Shown here one piece after another: positions 30,337 to 39,400 of a stretch of DNA of 64,000 nt (position 1 is its first letter; each line of letters begins with the position of its first letter). Source of the stretch: a virus. The stretch is taken from the IMG/VR virus record IMGVR_UViG_3300010354_000044, positions 32,001 through 96,000 of that record; one strand, given 5' to 3'. The position numbers were made by a program, and so were the translations under genes. The notes under the pieces are model-generated. The model was not told the DNA's origin, searched no databases, and saw only the letters and a list, made by a program, of their open reading frames with translations.

Positions 30337-30738
30337 ATGGCAAGTGTTGACTCTTGGGCTGCAGAGATGCAGTTCAAGGCCCTGTGCAAAAAACGGGGCA
30401 TTAAGTTAGTGGCGATATCTGCAAAGGTATTGCCACAGGGGTTACGGTTTGTCGGAAAGCGTAAGCTAGAAAACGCTTTCCGACATTTAAGACTTGCTCA
30501 CCCGAGTGGGCAATTTCCAGCCGGCGAGGTCCTGGACCTCGTCTTTTCTCTGGACGCGGTTATCCAGTACCGCGGTCAGGTAATTGGGGTTGATGTGACG
30601 ATGGACCCCAGCCAGGTTGCAGCTAAAGAAGAGAAGCTGCGCTCTTTGGCCAAAGCGCACGCTGCGATCGGGATTCAACGCTCAGTGACTTACTGCAGCA
30701 CGATTGAATCCTTTGACGAATGGCTGCTGCGCCTATAA
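30337..30738 (+). CDS. Hypothetical protein, possible PD-(D/E)xK-like fold
   Basis: AAGGAGG RBS; LDAVIQYRGQVIGVDVT. Confidence 0.45.
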   Translation: MASVDSWAAEMQFKALCKKRGIKLVAISAKVLPQGLRFVGKRKLENAFRHLRLAHPSGQFPAGEVLDLVFSLDAVIQYRGQVIGVDVTMDPSQVAAKEEKLRSLAKAHAAIGIQRSVTYCSTIESFDEWLLRL

Positions 30739-30885
30739 CCCTGCCCCGGTGGGCTACTCATGGTTCAACTCCATGACAGGGCATTGCCTTGAATTCCTTT
30801 CTCCAGGAATTTTCACTCAGGTACTTAGAGTACAGGCGCAATCTTGTGTATGGATGCCTTTATGCCTACACAAGCTAGGAGAAAC
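30739..30885 (+). ncRNA. Structured leader: tRNA-like element + 3-way junction/anti-SD module
   Basis: TCATGG-TTCAACT-CCATGA T-arm; shared CAGGTACTTAGAGTACAGGCG core. Confidence 0.7.
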
Positions 30886-31488
30886 ATGGCTGTACGTCGC
30901 GAATTTCAAGTCCTCTCTGCCATTAGCAGTGAAGAGGACGTGTTCGACAATCTCCTGCCCGTGCGGGATATAATCTCAGGCCTAGAAGGCCTGCTATTGT
31001 GTAGTGAGGCCTGTACGTGGCCTCAGGATTTGGTTTACGAAGCAACCTGGCTTGAGGGGTGCTATACTCCTCGGGCAGTTAAGGATGACCCTAGGCTGGC
31101 ACTAGGGTTTCATCCCTATACCGAGACACGGTGGAAATACCACTCAGGCGTCTTACGCCTGAGTACGCAGACTACGGAGGGGTGGATTTCGGTTATCAAA
31201 CGTACTAAACGGGCCATGATGGCCTATCTGGAAGGTATTCATCTTCCAGAGGTAGACCTCTGCGGGGTAGACCTTTGGAAGGCTGACCTTCGGGGGGCAA
31301 ACCTTCAGGGGGCAGACCTCAGGGGAGCTGACCTCCGAAGGGCTAACCTTCAAGGGGCTGACCTTCAAGGGGCTGACCTTCGAGGAGCTAAGCTTCTAGA
31401 GGCCAACCTTCTAGAGGCTGACCTTCGGGGAGCCGACCTTTGGGGGGCTTTAGTAGAGAAGGCCACCCTACAAAAGGCGAAGACCTAA
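30886..31488 (+). CDS. Protein with C-terminal pentapeptide repeats
   Basis: ADLRG/ANLQG repeats; ATG at 30886 after AGGAGA. Confidence 0.85.
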   Translation: MAVRREFQVLSAISSEEDVFDNLLPVRDIISGLEGLLLCSEACTWPQDLVYEATWLEGCYTPRAVKDDPRLALGFHPYTETRWKYHSGVLRLSTQTTEGWISVIKRTKRAMMAYLEGIHLPEVDLCGVDLWKADLRGANLQGADLRGADLRRANLQGADLQGADLRGAKLLEANLLEADLRGADLWGALVEKATLQKAKT

Positions 31489-31503
31489 AGTTACTTCCCT
31501 GCT

Positions 31504-31685
31504 TGACCTACTACAGGGGTCATTAAATAAGCTGTAGTGCCCTACTCTGGTGAGCTAGGTGCGGTCCGATTCCGCACTAGGGTTTTGCTTTGTCTATTTA
31601 TCTCCATTTAGACACACAGGTACTTAGAGTACAGGCGCAATCTTACTTGGGACGCCTTTATGCCCTTGTAAGCTAGGAGAACATC
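31504..31685 (+). ncRNA. Structured leader: PK1 + tRNA-like element + 3-way junction/anti-SD module
   Basis: Covarying copy of 29674-29859. Confidence 0.7.
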
Positions 31686-32084
31686 ATGTCTATTATCAAA
31701 CAGACTTCTTCAGTAGTCCCGACTATTGAGGAAGCAACTGCCCTAGCATGCACCCTACGGATGCAGGGGATACCCTGCTATGTGGGGAAAGTTGGAACCC
31801 ACTACCGGGTAGACCCGGCTCTTCCCAAGCAGTACAAGAAACGGGCTAGTAAGAGACCTGCCCGGGACTACATTTCCCTCCTAGGAGGGGATGACTGGTG
31901 CCTTAAGGCGCCGACCAAAGTCCCAAAAACGGGAGACTGGGTGGATTGTACCCCCGAAATGGGGGTGGCGGCCTGCCAGGCCGCTTTGGCAGAGAGGGAC
32001 TGGGAGCTAGTCTCCCGGTTAGAGGTAACGTATTGCGGTAAACCCGCAATACGGGCGACCTATAGCAAGGTACGCCCTAAATAA
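31686..32084 (+). CDS. Hypothetical protein
   Basis: AGGAGA RBS after the structured leader. Confidence 0.65.
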   Translation: MSIIKQTSSVVPTIEEATALACTLRMQGIPCYVGKVGTHYRVDPALPKQYKKRASKRPARDYISLLGGDDWCLKAPTKVPKTGDWVDCTPEMGVAACQAALAERDWELVSRLEVTYCGKPAIRATYSKVRPK

Positions 32085-32092
32085 CCAGCCAC

Positions 32093-32298
32093 CGACCTGA
32101 CACCACGGTCGTTAAATAAAAGGTGACGCCGAGCCCGAGGGATTGTTTATATCCATAGCGTGGTGCCTGTGCAATTCAGGCTTAAATTGGCGTGCCGGTT
32201 TGAATCCGGCGTGACTTTGCCAGGTAGTCATTAAATATGCCCGGACGGTTTGCCTAGTCCGCGAAAGCTAGGTTAGTTTATCCCGAAGGAGGGAAATT
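32093..32298 (+). ncRNA. Structured leader: PK1 + two T-arm-like hairpins + PK1 + PK3 + SD hairpin
   Basis: GCCTG-TGCAATT-CAGGC and GCCGG-TTTGAAT-CCGGC lie between two PK1 copies. Confidence 0.6.
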
Positions 32299-32526
32299 AT
32301 GGGCCTCTTTTACGCCGCTGCTACCCGGTGTTCCTGTGGCGATTTTGTGCTTGTCTGGAACGAGGAGACGGGGGTTCAATACCCCGTCCACAGATCTGTG
32401 CCCAAAGATGGGCACTGGTATAGATTAATCATCGTTGAATACAACGAGAGCCATCTGTACAGATGGCTTCGTCGGGATTATATCCCGGGGGTTCAGTTCC
32501 AAGAATTCCAGGGTGTAGAAGAATAA
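32299..32526 (+). CDS. Hypothetical protein
   Basis: AAGGAGG RBS. Confidence 0.6.
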   Translation: MGLFYAAATRCSCGDFVLVWNEETGVQYPVHRSVPKDGHWYRLIIVEYNESHLYRWLRRDYIPGVQFQEFQGVEE

Positions 32527-32539
32527 ACCCTGGAATTTA

Positions 32540-32749
32540 AACTCTGTCTAAGCTGCGCCAATTAATCTAATTCTGCTTTGCAGCCTAGGCAGAGTTCTAT
32601 TCGCTGCGCCTGTCGCCTGCCCCTGTAGGCTACTTGCGCAGCTATTTAGTCAATCCATGACCCAGACATAGGGTCATTAAATATATATGTCCGGTTTGTC
32701 CAGCCCGTCCAAAGCTGGATTACTCACCTATTCCCAAGGAGGGAACATC
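32540..32749 (+). ncRNA. Structured leader: long hairpin + PK1 + PK3 + SD hairpin
   Basis: Homologous to 33180-33416 with compensatory changes. Confidence 0.6.
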
Positions 32750-33175
32750 ATGAGTTTAGTAATTCGGAATATGCCAGCCCACACCGCGTGGGTTGAGTAT
32801 CAACGGGCCATTAAGGCTCTGGAGACCCGGTTGGCCCAAGAAGGGCTCCGTAGGTATACCTACGGATGGGATACGAAGCTCACGGAAATAGCTCCCCCTA
32901 CGGAGGGGGAGCTTTGGTCTTGTAACGAGGACCTGGCTGCCTACCTCCACGAGATTGTGGAGCTATATATCCCGGAGGAAGGCCTCCGGGGGCCGGATAA
33001 GGCCAGATTAGTACTCAGACTTCAGGCGTTAAGGGCGCTTGGGGTTAAAGCCCCACCGGGCAATGTATATAGTATTTACAGGTTGCTAGGGGGCGAAGGT
33101 CCCCCTGCCCAGAACTTGAAGCTCCGCCTTACGGAGCTCATAAACTTCCTGGAACGCAACGAGGAAGTTTATTAA
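32750..33175 (+). CDS. Hypothetical protein
   Basis: ATG at 32750 after AAGGAGG, with the same leader as the RNAP fusion gene. Confidence 0.65.
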   Translation: MSLVIRNMPAHTAWVEYQRAIKALETRLAQEGLRRYTYGWDTKLTEIAPPTEGELWSCNEDLAAYLHEIVELYIPEEGLRGPDKARLVLRLQALRALGVKAPPGNVYSIYRLLGGEGPPAQNLKLRLTELINFLERNEEVY

Positions 33176-33179
33176 CTAG

Positions 33180-33416
33180 CAGCCGGAGTATAAGCTGCGC
33201 CTATTGGCTGTATACACGCAGTTTCTACTCCGGCTAAGTGGGTGTGTCTGCTGCGCCTATCCCCTGCCCCTGTCGGCTACCTGTAGGACTATTCCTACTT
33301 ATGGCTGACAGGGGCATTTTGCTTTGACCCAGATATGGGGTCGTTAAATATACGTATTCGGTTTGTCCAGCCCGCCCAAAGCTGGATTAGTAAATTATTC
33401 CCAAGGAGGGAACATC
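33180..33416 (+). ncRNA. Structured leader of the helicase-RNAP gene
   Basis: AGCCGGAGTA/TACTCCGGCT hairpin, degenerate tRNA-like element, PK1, PK3, TTCCC-AAGGA-GGGAA. Confidence 0.6.
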
Positions 33417-36400
33417 ATGGCTATTTTGACCATTCTTACCGTTACCGCTACTATCTCAGCCTCCGCCCCTGGGGCTAAGCCCAAAGCGCGTAAGCGCCCC
33501 AACCGTGCTGCACAAAAAGCACAGCAACGCAGGGCCGCATTCTTACGTCGTAAGCGGCAGTCCCGTAATGGGCGCCGCCCATTCCATGGGGTGCGGTATT
33601 GTAATATTGCTGATAGGCCCAAGGCCCGTCAGCAGAAGTTTTGGGCCCGTGCCCGTAAGCTGGGAGTTGCCAGGGAGGTAGCCCACCTCCTATGGATGGG
33701 CGACGACTTAGGCGCCAGGCGCGTCCTTAAGGAGGCCCGGCGGCGCTACCAAGTAAAGCGTAGCCTTGTGCTGCGCACCCCGGTTGATAGCCGGGGGGAC
33801 GAAGCTTTACAGGCCAGGCCCAGTCTAAAACCCTCCACCGGGAGGGTATTTGAGAGGGGCACTAAAGGGAAACCCCCACGTAACTGGGGGTTGACGAAAA
33901 AGTCCCAGCCAGAGCCTAGCTGGCGGGACTTCCTTGTTAAGGCTAGGGAGGTTCACCGGGACATCCTAGCTGACCTGGTTAGGGTCGTGGGTGGGGAGCC
34001 TACAGACACCGTTGTCTGTATGGCCCAAACCCCTCCTCCCCCTTCCCCCCAAGGGCGGCAGTCTACCCTCCAAAGGGTAAATGGGCTAGGGCTACCGTTT
34101 GAGCTGTCGGAGGACCAGCTCACCGCCCTAGACAAGATGCTGGCGTTCGCAGAGAGCCCGGCCCGTGGAGGTACCTTTACCTTAGAAGGGTACGCGGGTA
34201 CAGGTAAGACTACTTTGCTACCTATTTTCCTACGGTTACTGCCAAGGAATATCCGGGCGGCTACCGCAGTAACCGCGCTCAGTAACAAGGCGGCGCGTGT
34301 ACTGTCTGAGAAGCTACGGGGCCAAGGTTTACGTGTAGAGGCTTCTACCATTCACAAGCTTCTAGGTATTAAGGCTATCAAACAGAATGCAGAGATTCAG
34401 TTTGATAGGGGAGGGAGCTGCACTATCAGCGAAAACTTGCTCGTTATCGTAGACGAGGCGTCTATGCTGGGCGAGGTCTTATGGAACCATATGACTTCCT
34501 ACTTCAAGAGCATTAAGTTCTTATTTACAGGCGACCCAGCTCAGTTACCGCCTGTTAACGAAACTGGGGCTCCGTGTTTTAGCTTGGCTGATGACTATGC
34601 CAAGTTGACTAAGGTCCTTCGGCATGGCGGTCCAGTTCTACGTGAGTCAACGCTAGTCCGTGACCTGGGGCATGGTACTTACCACCCGGCTCAGTCGCTG
34701 AGTGAAGGTAATAACGTCTTCTGTTATCAGCACATTAACTGGTTTAAGGTCATTAGTGGGTTGGTAAGTGACCCTGAGAAGTGGGCCAAATTTACCGATG
34801 ATCCTAACTTCTTTAGGATTGTGGCCTGGCGTAACGCTAGGGTTGCTGAGCTAAATACCTATGTCCGCCAACTATTGCACGTAGGGAAAAAGCTGGAGCG
34901 TTTCATGGTGGGGGACCTTGTCATATTAGACGCCCCGTATGAAGACCTCTTTACAGGGGATGAGTTTTGGGTACGTGCTGTAAATAATGGCAAGGTTGAT
35001 GGCTGGAATTGCCTGGAGATTACCTTGGAACCGGTGCATGATGCAAAGGCTGAAACTATAGTACGAGTGCTTGCTGCGGAGGAAGCAAGCCGGTACAAGC
35101 AAGAGTCAGACCGGTTACGTGAACTGGCAACACAGCATGTTATTCCTTGGGCGGAGTACTGGGCGTTGCAAGAATTATTCGCAGGGCTCAGTTATGGCTA
35201 TGCTATGACAGTCCACAAGTCTCAAGGGTCTACGTTTCGTAACGTTCTGGTGGACTATAGCGACATCAAGTTATGTAGGGGTCTTGAGCTTAATAAGCTT
35301 ATCTACGTAGCTATAAGTCGTGCGTCTAAGAACGTCATTATGAACGTAGGCACGAGTCCCATTTATGAGCGGGTGAAACCTGCCGGGGAAATTGATACAG
35401 GACCGCCGGAAATACCAGAACCCCCGGTGGTGAATGCCCAGGAGCCTGTGGTAGAGGAGGCCCCGCCTACCTTGCCAGAGGAAGAGTCTGTTGCTGAGGT
35501 AGGCGCGAGCGTCTCTATTGCTGTTGCTCCACAAGAGCCGGCAGTAGAGGAAACTCAGGCTGCGCCTATTAACACAGGGCAGCCTGTGACGGAAACAACC
35601 ACGAAGGAGGAAACTATGTGGTTTGTAGAGATTGACGTAGCGGAACTCACGTTCTTTGCTACAAAGACCAATCATGCGGGTACATTCCCCGTCAACGGTC
35701 TAGAAGTCTTTAAGAAGGGCTTGCTAGGCAAGGGGTATAAGCTTGTGGAAACGCAAGTAGGCCCCGAAGGGGAGGAGCTTAAGCTCGTCTACGCTAAGCA
35801 GCCGCCTACGGCGCTTGGTGGAGAACGAGCCCCGGCTGACCCGCCTGACCAGCCGTTTGCTTCTGGCAACGTAGCCCAGTTCAAGCAGACGGTGCTGAAC
35901 TTTATTGCTCAGCGACTCGGGAAGCTGCACCAGCAGTATCCCGAGTCTGGTATGCGGGAGTTGATCGTCCGCATGACAGAGGCGATTAACTACAGCCCGC
36001 GGGATGCCTTCTTCGCCGCTCCGCTCAGTGACATGCTAAGTATGTGGGTATTTGAGGCGACCCACTCTAAGGAGCTTGGTAACCGGCCTATTCCGGTTAT
36101 TGAGAAGGAGGCTTACTACCTCTCTGGTAAGTGCCTCACTGGGCGCCCGTCGCTGATCGGAGACTTGGACCTTCTGTTGAGCCGCCAACGGCTTGACATT
36201 GAAGGCGATAGTTACCGCCTGCGGTATCCCATTGAGCAGGTAGAGGCGGCGATACTGGACGCTGAGGGCCGGGATCTCTATGAGGGTTACCGGGTTATCC
36301 TCAGCGAGGGTATCAAAAGCCACGCTGTCCTCAATGGTAACTTCCCCCACCTAGGGGTTGAAGTTGAGGATATGGCGGCAGCGCTGACTGTCCACCAGCT

Positions 36401-39400
36401 AGCGCCCAGTGCCTTTAGCTATGGCCTGCCTATCGTCAAGGCTGTGCTTGCAGAGCACCTGGCCGAGGTGCTTTGTCAACTTGGCTATAGCGAGGCTGTA
36501 GCAGGGATGGTAAGCATCCCTGCTGGGTGGAATCTGCCTTGCCCGCAGATGACTGTCGCTAAGCTCAAGAATATGCTTGAGTACATTAGCGACGTGTTCT
36601 CTTCTTTTGGTATCAAGGATTACGAGTATATCTCGTTGAGTCCTGATGCCACGGAGGAGAAGTTCACCGTGTACATCTGCGGCATTGAATTTGCCGTGGA
36701 TGCTCAAGGTGTAACCTTGGTTGACGCGCTGAATCAGAAGGCCATATACGCCACGTATATGGCCCTTCCTATTTGCCATAGAAGCATCCGGGAGGATGAA
36801 GGCGCTTTGATGAGCCCTCACGCGGTCTTCGCCTATATGCTAGCTGAGGTTGTCTTGCCTCTGCTAGTTCGGGTAGACCGTGATAGCTACCGGAATAGGC
36901 TGGTAGGTAGCAATGTCATGCAAACCTACTTCCGAGTAGCTGGGGCGGTAAACACGTATCTTCGTAATTACGTGTCTATTGACCTCCGTTCAGCTACCAT
37001 CGGTGAGCTAGACGACGCAGCAGAAGCCCGCAACCGGGGTGTCGTGGCAGTAGCCTTGAACTACCCCCGCTCCCTATACCGGGATGCTCTGCCTTCAGAG
37101 GTCAAGTCTGGCAATGGATTCTCCATGCTTAACGTAGGCCTTATGAAGGGAAACATCTACGTTGGGGGTGGCAAGGCTATGCCTTCTGAGCTCAGCGTAG
37201 AGGAACGGCAGAACCTAATCCTTGAGCGCGCTGCGCTTAAGACTTTGGGTTACGCTAACACTCAAGTAGTCCACAAGCGGATGCTTGAGCTCGGCTTCTG
37301 CCAAGAGCCGTTCGGGCGGATGACTGTGGTATCGCAGGACATCCATGGCATTAACTTCACAGGTCAGAAAGAAGCTGTGAAGGACTTCTGGGAAAGCCAG
37401 GGCGTCGTAGATGTCATGGAGGTGGCTGCAATCCTAGGCTGCAGAGCAGACTGGACGGAGATCGCGCGAGAAACTTTCGTCGCGTTGTCCAATAAGGGCG
37501 CTAAGCAGCTCAAGCGGACGGCCAACTTCTACCACAATGGCTGTATCTTCATTAGCCAGGCGGTGCAGGCGGCTCAGACCAACGGGGTCTTCAATGAAAT
37601 CAAGGCACTGGCTGTTAAGGCAATTATTGCCAACAGTGCTTTATTCGGTGGCCCTGGTATGGTTTGGGCTAACAAGCAGAAGATTCAGGACATGGGCATC
37701 CGGTACCGCACCGGTGGCCAGGTCTATGAATTCAGCTCCGAGAGTCAGCTGTACTGCGAAGGCTTCGCTTATGAAGCTCAGCATTATAACGAGCACTCCG
37801 GCTGGAACAGCGTGGAGCCTGTAGACCTCCATGTTGTAGAAGGCCGGCCCTTCGGCTTGCTCATCAAGCACGACGGGTACGAGGCAAACATCTCTGCAGA
37901 GCAGAGTGGCCAGGTCACTAAGATCATGTGGCGCTGGGTCACGAAGTTCAATGCCGAGGTGATGGAACTCCGGCTCATCTATGATAAGCGGGAGTATGGC
38001 GCCTTTAAGATCCGTAATGGCTACAAGGGCCTAGTTGCCTTCGTTGAGCCTGAACTGATCGGCAAGGGTGCTGACCTGGTTATCTTCGGGGATGCCAATA
38101 AAACCATGGACATTCTCTACTCCCGCCTACGGGAGGCCGCAGAGAGCTTCGTCCGGGTGCCCCGTGGAACTACCGTTACCCTTAACGGTAAGGACTATGA
38201 TCTCCGCGAGCTGCTGCGTTCATTGAACCAGCAGGCTGGTCCGGCCATGGGTATGGCTATTGAAGACTATGACAGGGATGATCGCCTGTTCATTGACTTC
38301 AAGCTGTTGGCTAAAGGCGCTTACGACATTGTAGGCGAGCTCTTTGAAGCTATCTTTGGCCAGTCCCACTGGTTCCGTTTTGATGGGCCCGACCTGGTCA
38401 AGTTCACGGCCCAGTATTACGGAGCCAAAGCGGAAGCCAACGAAGGCTGGCGTAAGCTGGTTCCTGCTGAGCTTAAGGGTCTAGGCTACCCGAACGCCGT
38501 CGGTTTTACCGATGGTAAAGTAAATGACCCGCATAGCAATGTGCTGGTTGTTGAAGAGGGTGTCGTGCACCACCGTTCCTGGGTCTATGCCGCTAAAGAC
38601 GGTATTGACCTGTATGTTCCGATTAAGCCGGAATATACCACCGTCAGCCAGAACGTGAACTATGCACCTTTGGCTCTCGGCCCTATTGTAGACCCCAGTA
38701 TCCCGACTGAGGTGGCCCGGGAGCTCATCCATGCTGGTGAGGCCAATCGGACCAAGTACACGCTTCTGCATATTTTGCGGAAGCATAGCCTGGGTCCTGT
38801 GGCGTTCACGATGGGTGGCGTTGAAGTGCAGACCGTAACTCTGGCTAGCACGGATACGTTTGCTGGCTTCTTTGGTGAGCATACCCAGATGCTTCAGCAC
38901 AAACGGGCCCTCAGCCGCACTAGTTTTGTACGCGCACTCTGCAACCTATTGCAGACTAAAGTGCTGTGCGTGGAAACTAGTAGATGGACCGAGAGTGGTA
39001 GGGTGATGGCTAACATTTACCTACCTCTGTTGTCCAGCTTTATCATCGGCTCGCTGGATGACCATGCCGATGAGAGCAGCCTCGCGGGTAATGCCTTCAT
39101 GTTCTTTGACATGTGGGCCGCGGGTGAATCGCTCAGTAGCCCAGCCATGGTCAAGATTGCAACTACCATAAGCAATCTGATCAGCAAGCTCTGCGACGGT
39201 AATCGTATGCAGAAGCAGCTGACCTATGGTCCTACCGCTGTAGGTGCGAAGTTGGGTGCATTGCCCATTATCCCCACTGGGGAGCTATGGGTGCTGCGTG
39301 GTGGCGAAGTGCATCGTCGCTTGAAAGTGCGCTTTGGCGATGCCATTAACAATGGCTACGTCATGATGGTGCGTGCGCCTATGACCCGTTCTTGCATCTG

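Noticed and set aside
31503-31530. PK1 as a sigma70 promoter (TTGACC...TAAATA)
   Set aside because: Spacing is 15 bp, TTG is not conserved across copies, and loop covariation is unexplained by a promoter
29398-33416. CRISPR array or known ribozyme (pistol, hammerhead, HDV-like) reading of the repeats
   Set aside because: Repeats are separated by whole genes; TTAAATA recalls pistol but its P2/P3 arrangement is missing; no CUGANGA core or HDV nested pseudoknot could be built by eye
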